Of a stretch of DNA of 14,360 nt, positions 1 through 7,207 are shown one piece after another (position 1 is the stretch's first letter; each line of letters starts with the position of its first letter). The translations under genes and the position numbers were made by a program. This DNA comes from an uncultured Deinococcales bacterium (GTDB taxonomy: Bacteria > Deinococcota > Deinococci > Deinococcales > JAAFIG01). The notes below the pieces were generated by a model. That model worked only from the letters and a program-made list of their open reading frames with translations, did no database searches and had not been told where the DNA came from. The stretch covers positions 4,880-19,239 of the forward strand of contig CAXTTL010000076.1 of NCBI GenBank assembly GCA_964247135.1, read 5' to 3'.

Positions 1-38
1 AAATCACATGGTCTTGTCTAAATCACATGGTCTTGTCT
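1..38. repeat. 19-bp exact tandem duplication AAATCACATGGTCTTGTCT x2
   Basis: Positions 1-19 and 20-38 are identical. It lies at the window edge, so a contig-end or assembly artefact cannot be excluded. Confidence 0.85.
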
Positions 39-56
39 CGAGATCAAGACCATGTG
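24..56 (-). terminator. Hairpin just downstream of the 66..797 gene, possible intrinsic terminator
   Basis: 12-bp perfect inverted repeat CACATGGTCTTG (24-35) / CAAGACCATGTG (45-56) around TCTCGAGAT, about 10 nt past the stop codon. The U-tract on the minus strand is weak. Confidence 0.5.
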
Positions 57-65
57 CACCAACAT

Positions 66-797
66 TTAAGGAAGGTAATTGCCTGGGGTGGCGAGCGTGC
101 CTGGTTTCATGGTGTATTGACCGCTAATCCCGAGCAAGAAACCGCCGTTGAAGCCCGTATAAACGCCCAAACGAAATTGCGGAACAATGTCGTAATACAA
201 ACCGGCTCGGATGTCATAAACCAGACCTGCGCCCGAGGTTCCAACGCTCGAGATGTTGTTGTAACCGACACCAGCCTGGGCGTAAAGCGAAAGCGCACCG
301 ATGGGTTCAAATTTCAGACCTCCGTAAGCACTGATTGAGGGATTCAATGCGCCAACGCTGAAGTTGTAAGCCAAAGCACCGTCCATGCCGCCGTAAATTT
401 TGACAAAATCGGCGACGCCGTAACGACCAAAAACCCCCGCATTCACGTCTGCACTGACCGAGACTGGCGATGGCAAAATTTGTAAGTTCACACCTGCACC
501 CGTATAAACGTTGACGTAGGTTTTGCTGGTATCAATCACTTGCATGATGTATTTGGCGCCGATTCGGGTGCCGAGTCCAAATTGGGCGCTCGAAGGTGCG
601 CTGGGCACAAAAACAAGATTTAAGCTGCCACCAACGAACAGGTTTGGGATGACCTCGTAACTGTAATTGAGTCCGGTGCCAATGCTAAAATTGGGCGAAA
701 TCGGGGCATCGACGGTCACTGAAAAGCCATCGGCGAGGGCGGGAGCGTTGAGGGCGAGTAAACCTGCAAGAGCAATAATGATGGAACGTGGTTGCAT
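66..797 (-). CDS. Secreted protein, probable outer-membrane beta-barrel (243 aa)
   Basis: Start moved to the ATG at 797, which has an AAAGGA SD upstream. Signal peptide MQPRSIIIALAGLLALNAPALA-D. The mature chain is a series of amphipathic G/Y/F/V-rich beta-strands (LFVGGSLNL, VNVYTGAGVNL, LSLYAQAGVGY, YDIRAGLYY). No family recognised. Confidence 0.75.
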   Translation of the reverse strand: MQPRSIIIALAGLLALNAPALADGFSVTVDAPISPNFSIGTGLNYSYEVIPNLFVGGSLNLVFVPSAPSSAQFGLGTRIGAKYIMQVIDTSKTYVNVYTGAGVNLQILPSPVSVSADVNAGVFGRYGVADFVKIYGGMDGALAYNFSVGALNPSISAYGGLKFEPIGALSLYAQAGVGYNNISSVGTSGAGLVYDIRAGLYYDIVPQFRLGVYTGFNGGFLLGISGQYTMKPGTLATPGNYLP

Positions 798-940
798 AAG
801 ATTCCTTTCGATCATAAACCTCGAGTTCGGCTTTTGAGGCGCGAGGTCCATGTCAATAACGGTTGAGGGCTTGGGTTGGGAATGTGGGTGTTGCGTTTTT
901 TTGATTGAAATGACTTTTAATTTAACGACTTGTGACTCAA

Positions 941-1186
941 CTACTTGGTCTTTGCTTTGGCGTCATGGGCTGCCGCTTTGACCTTACCAACACCAGCTTT
1001 TATATTTTCACTGACTTTGGTGATCGGGTTGTCGCTCGCCTCTGCTTTGACTTCATGAACTGCCGCCTTGGCGCGTTCGGTGGTTGCCTTCACTTTTTCA
1101 CTGGCTATACCCGCTGATGTCTTGGCGCTTTTCACCGCGTCTTTGGCAACCTTGGTTGCGTCATCAATAAAAGTTTTATTGGTCAT
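941..1186 (-). CDS. Small Lys/Ala-rich LEA/hydrophilin-like protein (81 aa)
   Basis: ATG at 1186 preceded by AAGGGAG SD. The sequence is dominated by A/K/E/D/T/V in amphipathic-helix periodicity (AKDAVKSAK, KATTERAKAAVHEVKA, KVKAAAHDAKAK), with no Cys, Trp or Tyr. Confidence 0.7.
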   Translation of the reverse strand: MTNKTFIDDATKVAKDAVKSAKTSAGIASEKVKATTERAKAAVHEVKAEASDNPITKVSENIKAGVGKVKAAAHDAKAKTK

Positions 1187-1375
1187 ATCTTCTCCCTTGC
1201 TTTCGTGCCTTAGGCTAAAATCTACGGCTGATGATAAGTTGAGGGCTAACTGAATGAAGATCAAATGTAGCTTGCATTGATCGTCAAGGCACTTTTAAAC
1301 CCGAGCGACTTTCAAGGTCACTGTGGGCAGGAATCTCGAGCATTTGAGGAGATTTCAACGCCTCTGTGCAATCTG

Positions 1376-1423
1376 TCCAACGCTACACAAAGCCGTGCTT
1401 TCCGACGCTACATAAAGCCGTGC
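1376..1423. repeat. Imperfect direct repeat (23 bp, period 25) duplicating the USP stop-codon region
   Basis: TCCAACGCTACACAAAGCCGTGC (1376-1398) vs TCCGACGCTACATAAAGCCGTGC (1401-1423), 21/23 identical. Confidence 0.85.
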
Positions 1424-1860
1424 GCCGCTTGAACCCGCACCGGAACAATCTGCACCGGAATGCTCGAGCTGCCAGCCACGGCTTGCGCCCCCGAACCCAG
1501 TTGCAGACGTTCAATGCCCTCCCGTCCGTGCGTGCCCATGACAATCAAATCGGCTTTTTCGGTCTTCGCCACCTCGAGAATGAGCTTTGCAACACTGTCA
1601 CTGCTGCTGACCAGGCGAATCTGAGGTTCAAACCGTGCCTGCTTGGCAAGTTCGGTCAGCCAAAAGCCTTCTTGGCTCAATTCGTCAGATTCATTTTGAA
1701 CATGCAACAACGTTTCATTTTGAACATGCAACAACGTTTCATTTTGAATATGCAGCAACGTCACCCGAGGACCGAGCAACCTCGAGAGGTCAAAAGCGTG
1801 TCTGGCAGCAATTTGGCTGCACGGGTCATTGCCGAGGGGAATCAGGATGTGTCGGTACAT
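1408..1860 (-). CDS. Universal stress protein (single USP domain)
   Basis: N-terminal MYRHILIPL, RVTLLH strand, and ADLIVMGTHGREGIERLQLGS with an intact G-2X-G-9X-GS motif, then IPVQIVP. Confidence 0.92.
   Translation of the reverse strand: MYRHILIPLGNDPCSQIAARHAFDLSRLLGPRVTLLHIQNETLLHVQNETLLHVQNESDELSQEGFWLTELAKQARFEPQIRLVSSSDSVAKLILEVAKTEKADLIVMGTHGREGIERLQLGSGAQAVAGSSSIPVQIVPVRVQAAHGFM
1690..1761. repeat. In-frame 24-bp tandem repeat x3 inside the USP gene
   Basis: TTCATTTTGAACATGCAACAACGT at 1690-1713 and 1714-1737 (identical) and at 1738-1761 (2 mismatches). Encodes TLLHIQNE-TLLHVQNE-TLLHVQNE. Confidence 0.95.
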
Positions 1861-1938
1861 GAATCAGCCTTTAAGAACAACAACCCAATTTGTTAATGAA
1901 TCGAAAAACGCTGTAGGGTAAGAAATATTTATAAGGTT

Positions 1939-1970
1939 ACTGTGAAACCCGAGCATTACAAAGCCATTAC
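1939..1970 (-). promoter_or_regulatory. Putative SARP-box promoter for the USP gene: GTAATG-N5-GTAATG-N9-CACAGT
   Basis: CATTAC at 1954-1959 and 1965-1970 (11-bp period). The -10-like CACAGT on the minus strand is at 1939-1944. Same geometry as three other sites in the window. Confidence 0.6.
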
Positions 1971-1999
1971 CGTGAATTCTGATTGTGCTGCAAGGCGTT

Positions 2000-2031
2000 G
2001 TAATGGTTTTGTAATCTCGAGGTTGAAAACT
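2000..2031 (+). promoter_or_regulatory. Putative SARP-box promoter for the regulator (autoregulation): GTAATG-N5-GTAATC-N9-AAAACT
   Basis: GTAATG 2000-2005, GTAATC 2011-2016, AAAACT 2026-2031. Confidence 0.6.
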
Positions 2032-2080
2032 GAACAGACAACGATTCAGACACGTCAATTCAGAAACCCGAGGTCAGACC

Positions 2081-2914
2081 ATGAACAAACTTGAGATCAA
2101 CACCCTTGGAAAAAGCGAAGTGCTGATAGACGACGTTCCTGCCCAGTGGCACGCCCAAGCCGCCCAAGAATTGTTCTTTTACCTGCTCTCGCACGTTGAG
2201 GGTTGCCGCAAAGAAGAAATCCTCGAGCAACTCTGGGGCTTAGAACCAGACGCAAACGCCAACAACCGTTTTCGGGTGACCGTTCACCGCGTTCGCACGG
2301 CTCTTGGGCGATCCGACGCGCTGCAAGAAGAATTTGGGCGCTACCGCCTCTCGAGCGAAGTCTTGATGGCGACCGACGTGCATCAATTGTATTTGACCCT
2401 CGAGCAAGCCAACCACACCAGCGAACCCGCCGTGCGACAGCGCCTGTATCAGCATGTCTTAAATTTGTACCACGGCGATTACCTGCCTGGCGAGCACGCC
2501 GATTGGGCGCGTGCCGCCCGCGAAGAGTACAAATCGGCTTACGTCCGTGCGGCGCTCGAGTTGAGTTTGATTTATTGCGATCACGGTTCTTGCGATGCGG
2601 CGGTCGGCGCTCTGGTGAGGGCGCTAAAAGCCGATCCGTTTATCGGCGAAAATTACCATCAAAAATTGATGACCTGTTTAAGTGTGGTCGAAGGCAAGTA
2701 CGCCTCGATAGAACATTACCGACGGTTTTTAAACTTCTTGCGCGAAGAACTCGACGACACGCCGATGGGCGAAACCAAGGATTTGGCAGAACGCATCAAA
2801 GCCGGTGAAAGCATCTGCAACCGCCGACCAAATGAGCATTTAACCCTCAATTGCCCATTGACCTCGGATGGTTCTTGCCCAGGCGTGTTCGGTGAACTGA
2901 TCAAACTCACCTAA
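2081..2914 (+). CDS. SARP-family (OmpR-like wHTH + BTAD) transcriptional regulator with Cys-rich C-terminus
   Basis: LEINTLG..EVLID start, ELFFYLL, EEILEQLW, FRVTVHRVRTALG recognition helix, BTAD motifs LYHGDYLPG..DWA..RE, ALKADPF.E.YHQKLM and ELDDTP..ET. GAGG SD upstream. Seven Cys at 42, 166, 171, 199, 246, 258 and 266. Confidence 0.88.
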   Translation: MNKLEINTLGKSEVLIDDVPAQWHAQAAQELFFYLLSHVEGCRKEEILEQLWGLEPDANANNRFRVTVHRVRTALGRSDALQEEFGRYRLSSEVLMATDVHQLYLTLEQANHTSEPAVRQRLYQHVLNLYHGDYLPGEHADWARAAREEYKSAYVRAALELSLIYCDHGSCDAAVGALVRALKADPFIGENYHQKLMTCLSVVEGKYASIEHYRRFLNFLREELDDTPMGETKDLAERIKAGESICNRRPNEHLTLNCPLTSDGSCPGVFGELIKLT

Positions 2915-2932
2915 ACTCAAGTCGCAATTGAG

Positions 2933-2962
2933 AACCTCGAGCGACTTGACGCTCGAGGTTTT
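2933..2962. terminator. Hairpin between convergent genes, probable (bidirectional) intrinsic terminator
   Basis: 11-bp perfect inverted repeat AACCTCGAGCG (2933-2943) / CGCTCGAGGTT (2950-2960) with a 6-nt loop, running into TTTT on the + strand. Lies between the stops at 2914 and 2970. Confidence 0.7.
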
Positions 2963-2969
2963 GTGATCT

Positions 2970-4610
2970 TTAACGCAAGATCGTCAGCAGCAACTGCGCA
3001 ATCAAAATTTTGCCAATCATCGCCATCGGGTACACGCTCGAGTAACCCATGTTTGGCAAGTCATTTTGGGCACGTTCATTGGCAAAAGCCAGAACGGCGG
3101 GTTGGGTTTGAATGCCCGCCAGCATTCCAGTCAACATCGGAAACGAAATTTTAAGGACTTTATAACCCACCCAAAGCGTTAAAAAAGCCGTGAAACACGT
3201 GACCAAAGCGCCGATCAAAAACAACAGTATGCCGCCGCCACCCGCAAAGGTGCTGACAAACGCAAAGCCCGAACGCGTGCCGACGCCCGCCAGAAACAAA
3301 ATCACGCCCAGTTGCCGCAAGGTCAAATTGGCGCTGTGCGGCAACTGCCAGACCACCGAGCCGGTGCGACCGAGCGCCCCAAAAATCAAACCCACAATCA
3401 ATGGACCGCCCGCAATGCCAAGTTTTAAACTCGAGCCACCAGGCAACGGCAGACTGATCGCGCCGAGCAGCAAGCCCAGCGCAATGCCGACGCTGAAGGT
3501 CATGACATCAATCTCCGAGATGGCGCGGTACGAATCGCCCAGCGCTTTTGCCACCCCGTTCATCTGATCTGGCGCACAGACCACCCGCACCCGATCTCCC
3601 AACTCGAGTTTGAAATCTTTACTTGGCAGCAAATCCACATCGCCGCGCCCGACCCGCGTGATGATCGCGCCAAAATGTTGTGGCAACTCGAGTTGGTTTA
3701 AGCTCTTTCCCGCCACGCTGGGGTTGGAAACCAGCACCCGACGAAAATCGAGGTTCGAGCGGTTTAACTCGAGTGCCTCTAAGCTGGGTTCGCCCAGCTC
3801 GTTCATGACGGCGCCCACCTCAGACGGCGAACCCACCAAACTGATGACGTCGCCAGGTTGCAGGCGCGTTTGGGGACTGACCAGACTGAGGTTATTCGCG
3901 TGTTGATACCGTCCAAACACCACATGCCAACCGCGTTCTTTGGCAATTTGTGTGATCGGCTGGCTCTGAAAGTTTGATGATGTCACCACCACACTCTGAT
4001 GCGTGATGCCCTCAAAAGAACCCTTCAACTCTGAAGCTTTGCTCGCCTCGAGCCTTTGATCGATACGCCAGACGCGCTCGAACAAACCGATTGCCAGCAG
4101 CATTCCAATCACCCCAATCGGGTACGCCACCGAATACGCCACGACCGGTTCGACCAAAACCTGCTCGAGAAGCGCTTTGGGGGCGAGAGACTTGAGCGTC
4201 TCGAGTGCCCCAGCGAGGGCTGGGGTGTTGGTTAAAGCCCCTGCGAACAAGCCAGCGGCACTGGTAGACCTGAGTTTGAAAAGCAGGCTGGCAAAAACCA
4301 CCACAGCGCCCGCCGCAAACAAAATTCCGAGCGCGAACAAATTATCGCGCAAACCCTTGCGCCGCAACGCCGCAAAAAAACCAGGTCCGCTCGAGAGACC
4401 AATCGTGTAGACAAAAAGAACCAAACCAAACTGATACACGACTTCTGGCAACTTCATGTCGCTCGCCAGCGAACCAAACACCAAACCCGTGAACAACACC
4501 GCCGAGACCCCAAGCGAAAAACCAGCCAATTTCAAACGCCCAATCGGGTAGCCAATTCCAGCCACCAAAAACAACAGCAACAACGGACTTTGCTCGAGCA
4601 ACCCCAACAT
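2970..4610 (-). CDS. AAE-family (AspT/YidE/YbjL) transporter with two TrkA-C (RCK_C) domains
   Basis: Duplicated membrane domains with GLVLFVYTIGLSSGPGFF, GLFAGALTNTPALA, YSVAYPIGVIG and GLLLG..LG.AGGPLIVGL.LG, LRQLGVILFLAGVG, G.LAGIQTQPAVLAFA, GYSSVYP. Soluble central region with LQPGDVI and LELGDRVRVV. AAGGAG SD. Confidence 0.92.
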   Translation of the reverse strand: MLGLLEQSPLLLLFLVAGIGYPIGRLKLAGFSLGVSAVLFTGLVFGSLASDMKLPEVVYQFGLVLFVYTIGLSSGPGFFAALRRKGLRDNLFALGILFAAGAVVVFASLLFKLRSTSAAGLFAGALTNTPALAGALETLKSLAPKALLEQVLVEPVVAYSVAYPIGVIGMLLAIGLFERVWRIDQRLEASKASELKGSFEGITHQSVVVTSSNFQSQPITQIAKERGWHVVFGRYQHANNLSLVSPQTRLQPGDVISLVGSPSEVGAVMNELGEPSLEALELNRSNLDFRRVLVSNPSVAGKSLNQLELPQHFGAIITRVGRGDVDLLPSKDFKLELGDRVRVVCAPDQMNGVAKALGDSYRAISEIDVMTFSVGIALGLLLGAISLPLPGGSSLKLGIAGGPLIVGLIFGALGRTGSVVWQLPHSANLTLRQLGVILFLAGVGTRSGFAFVSTFAGGGGILLFLIGALVTCFTAFLTLWVGYKVLKISFPMLTGMLAGIQTQPAVLAFANERAQNDLPNMGYSSVYPMAMIGKILIAQLLLTILR

Positions 4611-4648
4611 GATGTCTCCTTGTGAAACTCGAGATGCGCAAACTTTTT

Positions 4649-4773
4649 CCCTCTCATCCCCAACCCTTCTCTCCTGGGAGAGAAGGGAGCTTTATTGCTC
4701 TACACGTGTGGCTCGAGGGGTTTTGTCCTTCTCCCTGCGGGAGAAGGTGTCAGCGAAGCTGACGGATGAGGGG
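4649..4773. repeat. REP/CIR-like intergenic palindromic element (CCCTCTCCC/GGGAGAGGG type)
   Basis: Hairpins CCCTTCTCTCC/GGAGAGAAGGG (4664-4687), CCTTCTCCC/GGGAGAAGG (4727-4747) and GTCAGC-GAA-GCTGAC (4749-4763). The ends CTCATCC (4653-4659) / GGATGAG (4764-4770) are complementary. Confidence 0.7.
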
Positions 4774-4774
4774 A

Positions 4775-6634
4775 TTACTCTGGTGCCAAACCCCAGTGTT
4801 CGGGCGCACGCCAGAGGCTCGAGAGGATCAGTTCGCGGATAAAGATAAATTCTTTGGGCAGCTTGTCGTAAAGTTTAAAGAACAATTCGTCGTGACCGAC
4901 GATCTCTCGCTGCCATGCTTCACGCTCAACGCTCATCAGGTTTTCAAAATCGTCCCTCGAGAAATCAAGTCCGCGCCAATCGATGTCCTCATAGGTTGGC
5001 ATCCAACCCAGTGGGCTTTCGATGCTGGCGGCGTGTCCTCGGGCGCGTTCGACAATCCATTTTAAAATACGCATGTTCTCGCCAAAACCAGCCCACAAGA
5101 AATTGCCGTCCTTGTCTTTGCGAAACCAGTTGACGTTAAAGATACGCGGCGGGTTGTGAATGCTGCGCCCGAAGTTCAGCCAGTGGTTGAAGTAATCGCC
5201 CATGTGATAACCGGTAAAGGGCAGCATGGCAAACGGGTCGCGCCGCACCTCACCGAGTTTGCCTGCGGCGGCTGCCGTCATTTCGCTGCCCATGGTGGCG
5301 GCGGCATAAACGCCGTAATTCCAGTTGAAAGACTGGTACACCAACGGCACGACGCTCGAGCGGCGACCCCCGAAAATAAAGGCACTGATCGGCACGCCAG
5401 CCAGATTATCGGCTTCTGGGTCAATGCTTGGGCATTGTGAAATGGGCGCGGTGAACCTCGAGTTGGCGTGCGCGGCTTTGCGTCCGCAATCGGGCGTCCA
5501 GTCCTGCCCAGTCCAGTCGATCAGGTGCGCGGGCGGGGTTTTGGTCATGCCCTCCCACCAGATGTCGCCGTCATCGGTCAGGGCAACGTTGGTGAAAATC
5601 GTGTTCTTTTCAATGCTCGCCATCGCGTTCGGGTTGCTCGAGGTGTTCGTGCCAGGGGCGACGCCGAAGAAACCATTTTCGGGGTTGATGGCGTAAATTT
5701 TGCCGTCGCTGCCAGGTTTGATCCAGGCGATGTCATCGCCGACGGTGGTGATTTCCCAACCCTCGTCCAAGAATAGCTTGGGCGGAATCAGCATCGCGAA
5801 ATTGGTCTTGCCGCAGGCGCTCGGGAAGGCTGCCGCAACATAGGTTTTTTCGCCCGTTGGGTCTTTGACGCCCAGAATCAGCATGTGCTCCGCCAACCAG
5901 CCCTCGTCCCGCGCCAGAACGCTGGCGATTCGCAGCGCAAAGCATTTTTTGCCCAACAGCGCGTTGCCGCCGTAGCCGCTGCCGTAACTCCAGATGCTGC
6001 GTTCCTCTGGAAAATGCGAGATGTACTTGTCGGTTTGATTGCAAGCCCAGGGCACGTCTTTTTGCCCAGGCTCGAGCGGCATTCCGACGCTGTGCAAGCA
6101 ATGAACAAAATCGTTGTCGCCCAGCACCTCGAGCACCTTGTTGCCCATTCGGGTCATGATGCGCATGGAGACTGCGACATAAGGCGAGTCCGAAATTTGC
6201 ACGCCAATGTGCGCGATGGGCGAACCGACTGGTCCCATGCTGAACGGAATCACGTACATGGTGCGACCGCGCATCGAGCCGTCGAACAACGGTGTCAAAA
6301 CCGCTTTCATTTGCTTTGGAGCCATCCAGTTGTTGGTCGGACCCGCGTCGGATTTGGCGAGGCTGCAAATAAAGGTTTTCTCCTCGACTCGAGCGACATC
6401 GTTCACGCCTGAGCGTGCCAAAAAACTGTTCGGACGCAAGTTTGGATTCAGGCGAATAAACGTGCCGCTCTCGACCATCTGCTCGCACAAGGTGTCGTAC
6501 TCGAGTTGCGAGCCGTCGCACCAATGAACCTTGTCTGGCTTGCAGAGCGCTGCGGTTTCTTTGACCCACTCGAGCAAACGGGCGTTGCTGACAAAACTTG
6601 GCGCTGAACTGAGGGGCTTATCGGCAATCAACAT
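4775..6634 (-). CDS. pckG: Phosphoenolpyruvate carboxykinase (GTP) (619 aa)
   Basis: Signature motifs [74 protein letters not shown] and VNWFRKD. Start moved to the ATG at 6634, which has an AGGAGG SD. Confidence 0.97.
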   Translation of the reverse strand: MLIADKPLSSAPSFVSNARLLEWVKETAALCKPDKVHWCDGSQLEYDTLCEQMVESGTFIRLNPNLRPNSFLARSGVNDVARVEEKTFICSLAKSDAGPTNNWMAPKQMKAVLTPLFDGSMRGRTMYVIPFSMGPVGSPIAHIGVQISDSPYVAVSMRIMTRMGNKVLEVLGDNDFVHCLHSVGMPLEPGQKDVPWACNQTDKYISHFPEERSIWSYGSGYGGNALLGKKCFALRIASVLARDEGWLAEHMLILGVKDPTGEKTYVAAAFPSACGKTNFAMLIPPKLFLDEGWEITTVGDDIAWIKPGSDGKIYAINPENGFFGVAPGTNTSSNPNAMASIEKNTIFTNVALTDDGDIWWEGMTKTPPAHLIDWTGQDWTPDCGRKAAHANSRFTAPISQCPSIDPEADNLAGVPISAFIFGGRRSSVVPLVYQSFNWNYGVYAAATMGSEMTAAAAGKLGEVRRDPFAMLPFTGYHMGDYFNHWLNFGRSIHNPPRIFNVNWFRKDKDGNFLWAGFGENMRILKWIVERARGHAASIESPLGWMPTYEDIDWRGLDFSRDDFENLMSVEREAWQREIVGHDELFFKLYDKLPKEFIFIRELILSSLWRAPEHWGLAPE

Positions 6635-6688
6635 GGTTTTCCTCCTGGGGTTCTCGAGCATCCATCTCGAGAGAACCTTCACCAGCCA

Positions 6689-6720
6689 AGTCTGGAGGAA
6701 CGGCATTACCGAGGCATTAC
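6689..6720 (-). promoter_or_regulatory. Putative SARP-box promoter for pckG and the AAE transporter: GTAATG-N5-GTAATG-N9-CAGACT
   Basis: GGCATTAC at 6702-6709 and 6713-6720 (11-bp period). The -10-like CAGACT on the minus strand is at 6689-6694. Confidence 0.62.
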
Positions 6721-6740
6721 GAACTGCGCTCGAGGGACTG

Positions 6741-6772
6741 GTAATGCCCTGGTAACGAGCAAAACCTAAACT
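6741..6772 (+). promoter_or_regulatory. Putative SARP-box promoter for CBS-USP: GTAATG-N5-GTAACG-N9-TAAACT
   Basis: GTAATG 6741-6746, GTAACG 6752-6757, TAAACT 6767-6772, then an AGGAGG SD and the ATG at 6790. Confidence 0.65.
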
Positions 6773-6789
6773 TTGTTCAGGAGGTTCTT

Positions 6790-7200
6790 ATGCAAGTCCG
6801 CGAATTCATGACCACCAACCCCGTCACGGTGCATCCAGACACCACCATGCCCGCCGCCAGCGAATTGATGAAAAAAGGCGGTTTCAGACGCCTGCCGGTG
6901 GTTGACAACCACCAAAAAGTTGTCGGCATCATCACCGACCGAGACGTGAAACACGCCATGCCCTCGGACGCGACCTCGCTTTCGATCTGGGAAATCAATT
7001 ACCTGGTCGCCAAAATCAAGGTCGGCGAAATCATGTCGCACCCCGTTCATTTTGTGCTCGAGGATGCCAGCCTCGAGTACGCCGCCGAACAAATGCTGAA
7101 ATACAACATTGGCGGTATGCCCGTCATGCACGGCGATCAACTGCGCGGCGTGATCACCACCACCGACGTACTGCGAGCCTTTGTCGGTCACAGAGAGTGA
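6790..7200 (+). CDS. CBS-domain pair protein (AcuB-like Bateman module, no ACT domain)
   Basis: VREFMTTNPVTV, RRLPVVD..VVGIITDRD, KVGEIMS.PV and IGGMPV..LRGVITTTDVLRAF. The PSDATSLSIWEINYL linker is typical of AcuB-like proteins. AGGAGG SD. Confidence 0.92.
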   Translation: MQVREFMTTNPVTVHPDTTMPAASELMKKGGFRRLPVVDNHQKVVGIITDRDVKHAMPSDATSLSIWEINYLVAKIKVGEIMSHPVHFVLEDASLEYAAEQMLKYNIGGMPVMHGDQLRGVITTTDVLRAFVGHRE

Positions 7201-7207
7201 GGGCAAG

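Noticed and set aside
798-1264. Upstream starts at 851 and 1264 for the first two genes
   Set aside because: The downstream ATGs at 797 and 1186 have SD sequences, and 797 puts the signal peptide at the N-terminus.
1690-1761. 24-bp repeats as a CRISPR array
   Set aside because: The units are contiguous with no spacers, lie in frame within a USP gene, and no cas genes are present.
5733-6569. 278-aa alternative-frame ORF inside pckG, and similar shadow ORFs (1366..1896, 2203..2808, 6766..7296, 7154..7717, 11103..11807, 13028..13636)
   Set aside because: They largely or fully overlap well-supported genes, have no recognisable motifs, and are expected from codon bias.
6635-6706. N-terminal extension of PEPCK given in the ORF track (start 6706)
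   Set aside because: It overlaps the promoter boxes, while the ATG at 6634 has a strong AGGAGG SD and gives a normal PEPCK length.
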